Below are positions 1-9,319 of a DNA stretch of 64,000 bases, one piece after another. This stretch comes from Candidatus Hydrogenedentota bacterium (GTDB taxonomy: Bacteria; Hydrogenedentota; Hydrogenedentia; Hydrogenedentales; SLHB01): NCBI GenBank assembly GCA_045863295.1, contig BTWA01000005.1, positions 96,001-160,000 on the forward strand, read 5' to 3'. The notes under the pieces were generated by a model that did not search any database, was not told the DNA's origin, and was given only the letters and a program-made list of their open reading frames with translations. Position numbers and translations under genes: made by a program. Numbering within the stretch: the stretch's first letter is position 1; the number at the start of each line of letters is the position of its first letter.

Positions 1-2202
1 TCGGTGTTCGACGGTCAGCAGGTCTTTGTCCTTGGTGTCAGGCGGCAGGATCATGCCGTAATAGCGTGCCATCCAGTAGGCATCGAGGAATGCCGACGGG
101 TCGGCCACAGCTTTTCCACCCGCGCCGCCGTCGAGGCGGAGAAAGTCGCTGTCCCACCGGCAGACGCCGATGTCACGCGCGGTCATGCTTTTCCAATCGG
201 CGACGTAGTTGACGTATTCCTCGGGCACGCTCAAGTCAGTGCGGATGGAGTTTTTGTGGGTGTAGCTTCGGCAGTCGAGCGGCCATGCCTGCAGGTTTTT
301 CAGCGAGCGTTCGTTGTCCATGGCGTTTCCGGTGAGTGCTCCGTAGATGTAGTTGAACCACACCATATTTTCCACGCGCTTGAGTTCCCACGAGCGTTCG
401 AGGCTGCGCACGTAAATGGATCGCAATTCCGGGTCGGTTTCGTAGGTCAGCAACGGGTGATATGCAAGAAATGCGAGGCGGTCGTCGAAGTGGGTTATGA
501 ATGGGAAGGTGATTTTCTGCCGCAACACGGGTAAGTGATATTCCCATTCCAGCAGTTGTTGCTTTCCGTTGCTGAACTTCTCGTTGCCTGTGATGGCATG
601 TGCCATGGTAATCATGGAGAGGGCTTCGGTGCCGTTCAGGCCCAACTGCACGAGACCGTCGCGGCTATGGAGGTATTCGGGATCCCAGCGAGCCCAACGG
701 GTGGGTTTTCCGTCGAGATCGCGCAGGGTCCAGCCGTGGTCGACAATGTGGCCTACGACACGGTTTATGTGTTCAATGACAGCGACCTTCGATTTTCCGT
801 GCGAGGCCAGTTCGTAAAAGATCATGCAGGATTGAATGTGGGAATCCACTTCATCGCTGGAGGTATCGCCTTTCCACAGCCACAGTCCGTCGGGGGTGGG
901 GTTCCATTCCGAGGGCAGGCCCGCTGAGCCGGTGGCGGCGAGTTGTGACGGTTCGCTGACGGTGGCTATGGCGCGCGCGGGGAATCCGTCGATGGGCGTG
1001 ATTTCCTCGCACCATTTGATGGTGCGGAACACTTCGATGGCTTGTTCGCGCACTTTGGGGTCTTTGGTGACGGCGTATTTGAAGCAATAGGCGTTCATGA
1101 GGTGCGCGGCCCAGCCGCCGTCGTTGTCACTGATGAACCGAACCCATTCGCCGCGGTCCTCGTCCCATGTGAGGGTGCAGATGAATCCGACGCGGCGCAT
1201 GCCCCATTCCTCTATCCATCGCTCGTAGTACGCAGCCTTCTTCTGCAGCGTATACGGTTCATATCGAATGATTCCGAGTCCTCCGTCGGTGGCGATGTAG
1301 GCGACCTTGTCGCCGCATGCGATGGCATTCACCTTATCGTTGGGGATCCAGCGCTGATAGCCGAAGTACTGGTATTCTCCGTCGACATATCGAATGGCGC
1401 CGCGCGTTGTGCCGACCCAGTAGTCTTCCTTTTCAAAGCCGCGGGCGACGCAGGTGGTGTCTTCATAACAGAGGCCTTGTTTGCCTGTAATCGCGATCCA
1501 GCTCATGCCGCGCAGTTCGGCGAGACCTTTGTCAGTTGGGACCATTAAGGCACTGCCGAATGACATCAAGTCACGCGTGACGGAGCCGAGGGGCAGGTGT
1601 CCCCAGTCTTTGACGTCGTCATATTCCAAGGCGCCGTCAATGAGGAAACCGACCTGGGCCTGGTGACGGACATAGATAGTTTCTGCGTACGACGCGACTC
1701 CCAGGATGGGGAGACGGGAGGGGGCCTTGAGGAGGGGAGCGGGTTGGCCGTCGTTTAATCGGTACAGTTGCGTGGGGGAGGCCAATATCACGTTGCCGAG
1801 GTGCACACACGCATCGACGGCGGGTTCCAATTGGAGTTGGTTCCAGGTGCCGTCCGTGAACTGCCATGTTGCCTCGGGCGTGAAGGCGTACAGGGACCCA
1901 TTCAGGGCCTTCAGCCGGTTTACCGCGCTGGAGGGGCCGCCGGCCGCGACGAGGGATTCCCCCTCGAGCCGCAGTACGCCGTTACCCGCGCCCACGTACA
2001 GGACATTTTCCAATACGGCCGCAGCGGTTAACGGGTAGGTGGTTTCCAGGCGGCCTTCGACTTCCTGCAGATATACTTCGTCGCGGACAGGGGTCCATTG
2101 TGGATTTTCGGGTATGGGCAATTCCGCGGGTGCCTGCCCGGGCCACATGCAGAATATTCCGATGACAGCGACGAGTACGCGAACAGACCGATTCGGTTTC
2201 AT
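1..2202 (-). CDS. Large exported hypothetical protein, 3' end runs off the window; propeller-like N-terminal half, helical C-terminal half
   Basis: Absent from the ORF track because there is no stop inside the window. Manual translation from ATG at 2202, with GGGGAGGGG upstream, gives MKPNRSVRVLVAVIGIFCMWPGQAPAE (signal-peptide-like) and stays open to position 1. Motifs YWVGTTRGAIRY, YIATDGGL, SDNDGGW, WKGDTSSDE, LDAYWMARYYG. Confidence 0.85.
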   Translation of the reverse strand, partial: MKPNRSVRVLVAVIGIFCMWPGQAPAELPIPENPQWTPVRDEVYLQEVEGRLETTYPLTAAAVLENVLYVGAGNGVLRLEGESLVAAGGPSSAVNRLKALNGSLYAFTPEATWQFTDGTWNQLQLEPAVDACVHLGNVILASPTQLYRLNDGQPAPLLKAPSRLPILGVASYAETIYVRHQAQVGFLIDGALEYDDVKDWGHLPLGSVTRDLMSFGSALMVPTDKGLAELRGMSWIAITGKQGLCYEDTTCVARGFEKEDYWVGTTRGAIRYVDGEYQYFGYQRWIPNDKVNAIACGDKVAYIATDGGLGIIRYEPYTLQKKAAYYERWIEEWGMRRVGFICTLTWDEDRGEWVRFISDNDGGWAAHLMNAYCFKYAVTKDPKVREQAIEVFRTIKWCEEITPIDGFPARAIATVSEPSQLAATGSAGLPSEWNPTPDGLWLWKGDTSSDEVDSHIQSCMIFYELASHGKSKVAVIEHINRVVGHIVDHGWTLRDLDGKPTRWARWDPEYLHSRDGLVQLGLNGTEALSMITMAHAITGNEKFSNGKQQLLEWEYHLPVLRQKITFPFITHFDDRLAFLAYHPLLTYETDPELRSIYVRSLERSWELKRVENMVWFNYIYGALTGNAMDNERSLKNLQAWPLDCRSYTHKNSIRTDLSVPEEYVNYVADWKSMTARDIGVCRWDSDFLRLDGGAGGKAVADPSAFLDAYWMARYYGMILPPDTKDKDLLTVEHR

Positions 2203-2305
2203 GGTGTCCCCTCCCCAGAGTCAGAAAACGTGCGCTATTCAGCTTCCATCATAGGGGTCGTGACGGGCGAGGGCAAGTGGCGGGTTCGGTCCGCGTTCGC
2301 GGTGC

Positions 2306-2334
2306 TTTTCAACGAGGCGCCCGGTATCTATAAT
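2306..2334 (+). promoter_or_regulatory. Candidate sigma70 promoter for the oxidoreductase operon
   Basis: TTTTCA-N17-TATAAT, 40 nt upstream of ATG 2375. Confidence 0.5.
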
Positions 2335-2374
2335 GGCGGGGTATCCGTTTCAAGGCAGCGAAGGAGGGAGAATC

Positions 2375-3541
2375 ATGGCCAAGAAGAAACTCAATGTGGC
2401 ACTCATCGGCACCAAGTTCATGGGAAAGACGCACAGCAACGCGTTCCGGCAGGTGAACAAGTTTTTCGATTTGCCGTATGAGGTGGTGCCGAAAGTGATT
2501 TGCGGCCGCAATCCGAAAGAGACGCAGGATGCGGCGGACACGATGGGATGGGAAGAAGCGAGCACGAACTGGGAAGAGGTGGTGCAGCGGAAGGACATCG
2601 ACATTGTCGATGTATCCTCTCCCGGCAATTTACATGCGCCTATGGCGATTGCAGCGGCGAAGGCAGGCAAGCACATTCTTTGCGAGAAGCCATTAGCCAA
2701 CACGACCAAAGAATCCAAAGAGATGCTCAAGGCGGTTGAAAAGGCCGGCGTGAGCCACATGTGCGGATTTTCCTACCGGTTCGCGCCAGCGGTGGCGACG
2801 ATCAAGAATTTGATTCAGTCGGGCAAGCTGGGAGATATCTTTCATTTTCGTGCGGCGTATCAGCAGGACTGGATTGTCGATCCCGAGTTTCCGCTGGTGT
2901 GGCGGTTGCAGAAGGATTTGGCGGGTTCCGGCGCGCTTGGGGATATCGGCGCGCATATTATTGATATGTGCCACAACCTGATTGGTCCGATTGCGGAAGT
3001 CAGTTCCGCGATGCAGACGTTTGTTACGGAGCGCCCGATTGCGGAGGCGGACACCGGTATCACCAAGAGCCAAGGTAAGACGACGAAGAAGCGGGGCAAA
3101 GTGACCGTTGATGACGCTGCGATTTTTCTTGCGCGTTTTGCGGGTAAGCCGACGCTTGCGACGTTCGAGGCGACGCGCTTTGCTCCGGGTCGGCGAAATC
3201 ACCATGTATTTGAAGTGTACGGCAGCAAGGGATCGGTGGTGTGGAATTTGGAAAACATGAACGTGTTTCAGTACTACAATTCCGCGGACCCCGAGACGCT
3301 TCAAGGTTTCCGCACGATACACGCGACCGATCCGGGGCATCCGTACGCTGGCGCGTGGTGGCCTTCGGCGCACATCATCGGTTATGAGCACCTGTTTGTA
3401 CACGAGGTGTATGACTTCGTGAGTCAGTTGGGCAAAAAGAAAGTGACCTATCCCACGTTTGCGGATGGCGTGCAGTGTCAGCTGGTGCTGGATGCGGTTG
3501 AGAAGTCTGCTAAGACGCGAAAGTGGGAGGCGGTGAAATAA
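2375..3541 (+). CDS. Gfo/Idh/MocA family oxidoreductase
   Basis: VALIGTKFMG Rossmann start, HILCEKP, GALGDIGAHIID motifs; SD AAGGAGG before ATG 2375. Confidence 0.93.
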   Translation: MAKKKLNVALIGTKFMGKTHSNAFRQVNKFFDLPYEVVPKVICGRNPKETQDAADTMGWEEASTNWEEVVQRKDIDIVDVSSPGNLHAPMAIAAAKAGKHILCEKPLANTTKESKEMLKAVEKAGVSHMCGFSYRFAPAVATIKNLIQSGKLGDIFHFRAAYQQDWIVDPEFPLVWRLQKDLAGSGALGDIGAHIIDMCHNLIGPIAEVSSAMQTFVTERPIAEADTGITKSQGKTTKKRGKVTVDDAAIFLARFAGKPTLATFEATRFAPGRRNHHVFEVYGSKGSVVWNLENMNVFQYYNSADPETLQGFRTIHATDPGHPYAGAWWPSAHIIGYEHLFVHEVYDFVSQLGKKKVTYPTFADGVQCQLVLDAVEKSAKTRKWEAVK

Positions 3542-3550
3542 CGTAGCGCA

Positions 3551-3916
3551 ATGTGGTGGCCGTGGCAATCGCATCAGGCAAAGGTACTTTGCGGCGCGCT
3601 CAGCGTGGCCGAGCGCGCAGGGTTGGGAGTTGTGATGGCCGTGTATCCGGCATGGCTTGTGTATGCGGTAGGCATGCCTTTGGTCCGTCTGCTGTTGAAT
3701 CCCGGGCTGCCGGCCGCACTCAGTGCGTTGTATTTTCTGGCGCTTACGGTCTGTTTCACGTACGTGTACCTGTGTGTGGCGAAGTGTTATTTGCTGTTGA
3801 CGAGAGAAGGGCGGCGACTCGCGTACCGGGCCGACGCCTTGGCACTGTTTCGATTTGACGAACGAGAAGGGGAACCGCGCCACGACGGCGCAACTGGAGG
3901 GAGGACCGAAACATGA
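3551..3916 (+). CDS. Small hypothetical membrane protein (about 2 TM)
   Basis: Fills the gap between two operon genes, has two hydrophobic stretches and an ATGA overlap with the next gene. Confidence 0.55.
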   Translation: MWWPWQSHQAKVLCGALSVAERAGLGVVMAVYPAWLVYAVGMPLVRLLLNPGLPAALSALYFLALTVCFTYVYLCVAKCYLLLTREGRRLAYRADALALFRFDEREGEPRHDGATGGRTET

Positions 3917-4878
3917 AGTTAGGCGTGTTGACGGTTTTGTTCAGCGACAAAAGCCTCAAGGATGTACTGGAGATTTTGCGGCCGTTTGGACTTGATACCG
4001 TGGAGTTGGGCACCGGCAACTACCCTGGCAGCGCGCATTGCCCGGCGAAGGAGTTGCTTGCGTCCAAGCCGAAGCGCGACGAATTGAAGGCGCTGCTGAA
4101 GGGCGAGGGACTTGAGATCAGCGCGTTGAGCTGCCATGGCAATTGTCTGCACCCCGATGCTGCGTTCGCGAAGAAGAACATCGAAGTGCAGACCGACACG
4201 ATCAAGCTCGCCAAAGAGTTGGGCGTGAAGACCGTGATCGATTTTTCGGGCTGTCCCGGATCGGACGAAAAGTCGACCAAGCCGAATTGGGTGACGTGTC
4301 CGTGGCCGCCGGATTACCTCGAGATTTTGAATTGGCAGTGGGAAAAGAAGGTGATTCCGTATTGGAAGAAGCAGGCGCAGTTTGCGAAAGACAACGGTGT
4401 ACAGGTTGCGTTTGAAGCGCATCCTGGTTTTGTTGTTTACAACCCGGAGACGATATTGAAGATTCGCAAGGAGTGTGGGACGAATCTCGGGGCCAACTTC
4501 GATCCCAGCCACTTTTTCTGGCAGGGCATCGATCCGGTGGATGCGGTGCGCGCGCTGGGCGGCAAGGCCATTTTCCACGTGCACGCGAAGGATTCGAAAG
4601 TCTACGAGCAAAACGCGAAAGTCAACGGGGTGCTTGACACGAAGCACTACGGGGACGAGCTGAACCGGTCGTGGCTGTTCCGCACGTGCGGGTATGGGCA
4701 TGGCTTCGACTGGTGGAACGATTTCGTCTCGACACTGCGGATGGTGGGTTACGACGGCGTCCTGTCGATCGAGCATGAAGACAGCCTGATGTCGAGCTTC
4801 GAAGGGTTGTCCAAGGCCGTTGATTTCCTGAAGAAGGTGCTGATTTTCCAGAAGAAATCGGCGATGACCTGGGCGTAA
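3913..4878 (+). CDS. Sugar phosphate isomerase/epimerase (xylose-isomerase-like TIM barrel)
   Basis: FEAHPG, NFDPSH, HVHAKD, LSIEHED metal-binding motifs; SD GGAGG. Confidence 0.92.
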   Translation: MKLGVLTVLFSDKSLKDVLEILRPFGLDTVELGTGNYPGSAHCPAKELLASKPKRDELKALLKGEGLEISALSCHGNCLHPDAAFAKKNIEVQTDTIKLAKELGVKTVIDFSGCPGSDEKSTKPNWVTCPWPPDYLEILNWQWEKKVIPYWKKQAQFAKDNGVQVAFEAHPGFVVYNPETILKIRKECGTNLGANFDPSHFFWQGIDPVDAVRALGGKAIFHVHAKDSKVYEQNAKVNGVLDTKHYGDELNRSWLFRTCGYGHGFDWWNDFVSTLRMVGYDGVLSIEHEDSLMSSFEGLSKAVDFLKKVLIFQKKSAMTWA

Positions 4879-4896
4879 GTGCAATTGGATTGATTG

Positions 4897-4935
4897 AAGC
4901 GAGGGCCATCCCGGTGGGATGGCCCTCGCTTTTTT
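4897..4935 (+). terminator. Rho-independent terminator, possibly bidirectional
   Basis: 16-bp perfect stem AAGCGAGGGCCATCCC-ggt-GGGATGGCCCTCGCTT plus T tract, between convergent genes. Confidence 0.9.
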
Positions 4936-4937
4936 GG

Positions 4938-5921
4938 CTATTCCACGATCTTGCCGGTGACGACCACGAACATGGCGTCCTCTCCGCCGGAGAGGTTGCT
5001 CTTGCCAACGACCACGCTTTGTCCGACCTTCAAGTCCACGTTGGCGCGAATGCCGGTTTCCGACATGGAACCCGCAGGGACCCGCATGGGCGGACGCGCG
5101 GGCGATCCTTCCGGTAGCGGAGTTGGGGGCGAGATGTATTCCGTGCCAAAGACAAAGTCGTCGAGTTGAATGCGACTGTTCTCGCCGGAGCCGGCGATGC
5201 GTAGCTGATTCACCATCAGGTTGTAGTTTCGCTTAGCGCCTTCGACGTCGACCGGCAAGACGCCTGAAGTCGAAGTTTCGGAATCTTCCCGCCCCCGAAT
5301 CCACAGCGTGTCGATCAATTTGTATGATTTGTAGGGGAAAGTTTCCGTCAATTGATAGACGACTTCACCCAGTGCGTCGGGCAATGTTTGCGGTTCGCCT
5401 TCCATAGTCCCTTGCAGTAAGTACATGGTCAGCTCGACATTTCGATCGGTATTCTCCGAATCGGGATCTTTTCTCACCACGTCGAGGCTGTCAATCATCG
5501 CCTCCACAGCCGGCATGAGACGGGCCGGCCCGATGACGACGATACTGTTGGAACTGGCGGCCTCGACGGCTCTTACGTTGAGTAGGCTGACCATCTGGGC
5601 GATTTCCTGCGCTTCCGCATGGGAGAGTTGAAAAACGCGCGTTTCAGCCGTCAAGGATTCAGCCGCCTTTTTTGCGAAATTGAGGACCTCGTACACTTCA
5701 TCCGTTTCGCGTTTTGCCTCGGCATCGGGAGTGTCTGCCGATTTTTGCGCAAAGGCGTTCATATGGGTTTGCGCCAATGTGGCCAAGTGGGCTAATTCTT
5801 CATCCGTGTAGTCCAAGGCGGCAGGCACAGGTTTTCTCTGTTCCTGGGCTTCCGCGTTCAGTGCTTCCGAACACACAAAGCTACAAGCCAGCATAAAAAC
5901 CAGCAGCGGATATTGTTTCAT
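4938..5921 (-). CDS. Exported protein with one secretin N (NolW-like) domain and a short secretin-like C-terminus
   Basis: Signal peptide; TRVFQLSHAEAQEIA...NSIVVIG...VEAMIDSLDV matches the NolW repeat; ends VDLKVGQSVVVG...FVVVTGKIVE. Confidence 0.7.
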   Translation of the reverse strand: MKQYPLLVFMLACSFVCSEALNAEAQEQRKPVPAALDYTDEELAHLATLAQTHMNAFAQKSADTPDAEAKRETDEVYEVLNFAKKAAESLTAETRVFQLSHAEAQEIAQMVSLLNVRAVEAASSNSIVVIGPARLMPAVEAMIDSLDVVRKDPDSENTDRNVELTMYLLQGTMEGEPQTLPDALGEVVYQLTETFPYKSYKLIDTLWIRGREDSETSTSGVLPVDVEGAKRNYNLMVNQLRIAGSGENSRIQLDDFVFGTEYISPPTPLPEGSPARPPMRVPAGSMSETGIRANVDLKVGQSVVVGKSNLSGGEDAMFVVVTGKIVE

Positions 5922-6475
5922 GACGAACCTCCTTCGTTGTCGGTCACCAGAATAATGACCACATTGGGATCATCTGTTGCCAGACGGATCTGTGAAAGTT
6001 TCAAGGGTGTACGCGGGGATTTGGGCGCATCGACGGGGGCCAGATCCGAGTCAGGGACAATTCTCTCCTGGGGTACCGGATCGTACTTTGCGATGGACCT
6101 TTGCGAGGTGGATTCAATTCCCGCGTCGTTGACGTTGCTCTCCTGGGTGATCCAATAGAGCGCGGCGCCGCATGCAATAAACGCTGTGACTGCAACCCAG
6201 CCAATTTGCGCCGCGGGAGACCAACGAAACGACTTCTGCGGCGTCTCCTTGAGGATTGCGGCACGCACCTGTTCCCGCAGTTCTTTGCAGTCCGCCTCGT
6301 CTATGCGCGAGGTGTGCATTGCCTTATACATTTCCTGACTTTGCCTCAACTCATTTGCGAATTGTTTGCAATGCCCGCATTGCGCGAGATGACTCCTGAT
6401 TGCCAGTGAAACGAGTTTACCCGTATCGCCCGCCACCCAGAGGGCGATCTGCTTTTCGCAGGTCTTACACGTCAT
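5918..6475 (-). CDS. zf-HC2 (ZAS) anti-sigma factor with one TM
   Basis: MTC...HLAQCGHC motif, central TM, directly downstream of an ECF sigma gene. Confidence 0.85.
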   Translation of the reverse strand: MTCKTCEKQIALWVAGDTGKLVSLAIRSHLAQCGHCKQFANELRQSQEMYKAMHTSRIDEADCKELREQVRAAILKETPQKSFRWSPAAQIGWVAVTAFIACGAALYWITQESNVNDAGIESTSQRSIAKYDPVPQERIVPDSDLAPVDAPKSPRTPLKLSQIRLATDDPNVVIILVTDNEGGSS

Positions 6476-7076
6476 GAGATCGTTCCTTTTCGGCTTCATA
6501 GAACCGTTTCATCTTCAGGCGCGCTCTGCGCAGGTACGTCCGCACCGTTACTTCGAAACAGTTCATGGCTTTCGCCACTTCGCGGGCAGGCAGTTCTTCC
6601 AAATCGCGAAGTACAACGGCCGTGCGCTCACGTTCAGTCAGTGTGTGAAGGGCGCGTTGCAGAAATGACTCGCGCTCTTCGCGCCGCAATCCGGCGTCGG
6701 CGGCGCCTGGTGTTCCCCGCGTGGCCGACGCTTCCACGCGGGACAGCGTAACCGCCGTTCGCATTCTCCTGCGGGCGGCGTCGCGACAGGCATTGACCGT
6801 CAACCGGTAGAGCCAGGGTTCCAGCGGGCGCGACCCGTCGAACCGGTCAAAGTGGCGAAAGAGCCGCAGGAACACCTCTTGCGCGGCATCCTGAGCGTCT
6901 TCGCGGTTTCCGAGCAGGCGTAGCGCCGTTCGCAAGACCAGCGCCTCGTGGCGGACCAGCAGGGCGTCGAAGGCGGACAAATCCCCCGTTTTGGCGGCGC
7001 TCACCCAGGCCGATTCTTCCGAATCGCCTGAAGGCGCTGTCATGAGCCACGCGAGTTGTCCGTTTTTCGCTTCCAC
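6465..7076 (-). CDS. ECF sigma-70 factor
   Basis: DAQDAAQEVFLRLF and PWLYRLTVNACRD (region 2); EVAKAM...TVRTYLRRAR (region 4). Confidence 0.93.
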   Translation of the reverse strand: MEAKNGQLAWLMTAPSGDSEESAWVSAAKTGDLSAFDALLVRHEALVLRTALRLLGNREDAQDAAQEVFLRLFRHFDRFDGSRPLEPWLYRLTVNACRDAARRRMRTAVTLSRVEASATRGTPGAADAGLRREERESFLQRALHTLTERERTAVVLRDLEELPAREVAKAMNCFEVTVRTYLRRARLKMKRFYEAEKERSHDV

Positions 7077-7281
7077 TTAGGGGTCCCCGGTTGCCTCTCA
7101 CTTATACATACTCTGCCACATGGGGAAATGATGACAAGGCTGTAGTGGAACGCGATCTCGCGGCGGCGGCGGCACGACCGGTTGATTGTCCACGCTGCAC
7201 GTCCGGCGGGTATATGATTCCCCTGAAAATGCTGGCGTGCTACACTCACGCGCGATTAACTTGAGGAGGGTTTTCGACTTC

Positions 7282-8517
7282 GTGGACGGGATTCAATACC
7301 GCTTTATCAGTTTAATTGGCCTTGGCGCCATGGTGATGCTGGCGTGGGTGCTGTCCGAGAACCGCAAGGCGGCGCCATGGCGGCTGGTGGTCTGGGGTGT
7401 TGCACTGCAGTTTGCGATTGGTCTCGTCATCCTGAAGACACCCCTTAAAGGCGCTGTTTTTTCGGGTATGCAACAGACGGTTCATATATTGACGTCGTCC
7501 ACGCTGGAGGGGGCCACGATGGTGTTCGGATCCCTGTCCACTGATGCCAATCTCGGGGCCCTGTTTGCGTTTCAGGTGCTGCCTGTGATCATTTTTGTTT
7601 CCACGCTTGCCGCCATTTTACACCACCTGCGCGTAATCCAGTTCCTGGTAACGGGGATTGCGTGGGTGATGCGGCGCACCTTGAAGACCTCCGGCGCGGA
7701 GACGTTCGCGGCGGGGCTGCTCATCTTCATGGGCATCGAAGCGGTTTCGGCGGTCCGCGGTTATGTGAAAGGTATGACGCGATCGGAGCTGTTTACCGTG
7801 TTGTCCACGTTTATGGCGACGATTGCCGGGAGCGTGCTGGTGATTTACGCCAGTTTTGGCGCGGAGCCGGGACATCTGCTGTCGGCGTCGCTTATGAGTG
7901 CGCCCGCGGCGATTGTAATTGCAAAGATCATGGTGCCGGAGTTGGGCACACCTGCAACTTCCGGTGAAACGCGGGTTGCGGTAGAGGTCGAAAGCACGAA
8001 CCTGATTGATGCGGCCGCGCGAGGGGTGTCGCAGGGGTTGAATATGGCGCTGCAGGTGGGCGCCATGGTGTTGGCGTTTGTGGCCACGGTTTATCTTTTG
8101 GACCTCCTTTTGAAAGGGGCCACGGGTTGGTTTTTGGACGAGCCGCTTACATTTTCCCGGCTGATGGCATTTGTGTTCTATCCGTTTGCTGTATTGCTGG
8201 GCGTGCCGCTTGGCGATGCGGGCGCGGTTGCGCAGTTAATAGGCAAGAAGACGGTGCTGAACGAATTTCTGGCGTACCTGGATTTGAAGGCCATGATTGA
8301 ACAAAGCGCCATTTCCCCTCGGGCACGCATGATTGCCACGTATGCCCTGTGCGGTTTTGCCAATCCCGGGAGCATGGCGATTGGCATTGCCGGATTGGAC
8401 GTGCTTGCACCGGAGCGGCGGTCGGAGATTTGCGCGCTAAGCGTAAAGTCGCTGGTGGCGGGTACGCTTGCTTGTTTGATGACCGCGTGCGTGGCGGGGG
8501 TGATTTCCTATGAGTGA
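7282..8517 (+). CDS. Concentrative nucleoside transporter (NupC/CNT family)
   Basis: FAFQVLPVIIF, MTRSELF, MATIAGSV, MSAPAA, NEFLAY, YALCGFAN; start placed at GTG 7282 after GAGGAGG. Confidence 0.92.
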   Translation: MDGIQYRFISLIGLGAMVMLAWVLSENRKAAPWRLVVWGVALQFAIGLVILKTPLKGAVFSGMQQTVHILTSSTLEGATMVFGSLSTDANLGALFAFQVLPVIIFVSTLAAILHHLRVIQFLVTGIAWVMRRTLKTSGAETFAAGLLIFMGIEAVSAVRGYVKGMTRSELFTVLSTFMATIAGSVLVIYASFGAEPGHLLSASLMSAPAAIVIAKIMVPELGTPATSGETRVAVEVESTNLIDAAARGVSQGLNMALQVGAMVLAFVATVYLLDLLLKGATGWFLDEPLTFSRLMAFVFYPFAVLLGVPLGDAGAVAQLIGKKTVLNEFLAYLDLKAMIEQSAISPRARMIATYALCGFANPGSMAIGIAGLDVLAPERRSEICALSVKSLVAGTLACLMTACVAGVISYE

Positions 8518-9319
8518 GGCCCTCATTCCCAAGGCGTTGACCATTGCGGGGAGCGATTCCGGCGGTGGTGCGGGCATCCAAGCCGATTTGAAGACCTTTG
8601 CCGCGCTTGGCGTGTATGGCATGTCCGCGATTGCTGCGGTGACATCGCAGAACACGTACGGCGTCAGCGGTGTGGTGGAAATGCCGCCGGCGTTTGTTGC
8701 GCAACAAATTGACGACGTAGCGGCCGATATTGGTGTGGATGCTGCCAAGACAGGCATGTTGTCCAATGCGGAAATCGTGGAAGCTGTGGCGGATGCCGTA
8801 ACGCGCAACGGAATCACGAAATTGGTTGTGGATCCGGTGATGGTCGCGAAAAGCGGTGATTCCCTATTGCGGGAAAGCGCGCGCGAAGCGATTGTCCGTG
8901 TACTTCTACCGCGCGCATTGGTGATCACGCCGAATCTGCCGGAGGCGGCGGTATTAACCGGCATTGAACTCACCGGGGAGGACAGCTATAAGGAAGCCGC
9001 ACGACGCCTTCATGGCTTCGGGATACGGCATGTACTCATCAAGGGCGGTCATGCGGCCGGTCCGGATGCGGTCGATTGGCTATACGACGGCGAGAATTTC
9101 GTCACGTTTACGGCGCCGCGCATCGAGACGAAGAACACGCATGGCACCGGCTGCACGTATTCCGCTGCCATCGCCGCCAATCTGGCCAAGGGGATGGACG
9201 TTGTCGAGTCCGTCGAAAGCGCCAAGATCTACCTGACCGAGGCCATTCGGCGCAGTCTTTCCATTGGCCATGGCCATGGCCCGCTAAATCATATGTGGCA
9301 ACAGGAGACTTCGACATGA
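8510..9319 (+). CDS. thiD: Hydroxymethylpyrimidine/phosphomethylpyrimidine kinase
   Basis: ALTIAGSDSGGGAGIQADLKTF, VVDPVMVAKSG, TPNLPEA, NTHGTGCT. Confidence 0.97.
   Translation: MSEALIPKALTIAGSDSGGGAGIQADLKTFAALGVYGMSAIAAVTSQNTYGVSGVVEMPPAFVAQQIDDVAADIGVDAAKTGMLSNAEIVEAVADAVTRNGITKLVVDPVMVAKSGDSLLRESAREAIVRVLLPRALVITPNLPEAAVLTGIELTGEDSYKEAARRLHGFGIRHVLIKGGHAAGPDAVDWLYDGENFVTFTAPRIETKNTHGTGCTYSAAIAANLAKGMDVVESVESAKIYLTEAIRRSLSIGHGHGPLNHMWQQETST

Noticed and set aside
4..2038. Cluster of short plus-strand ORFs in the track
   Set aside because: They are antisense to the single long minus-strand gene starting at 2202
7077..7281. TPP riboswitch upstream of the nupC-thiD operon
   Set aside because: The CTGAGA and downstream core motifs are absent
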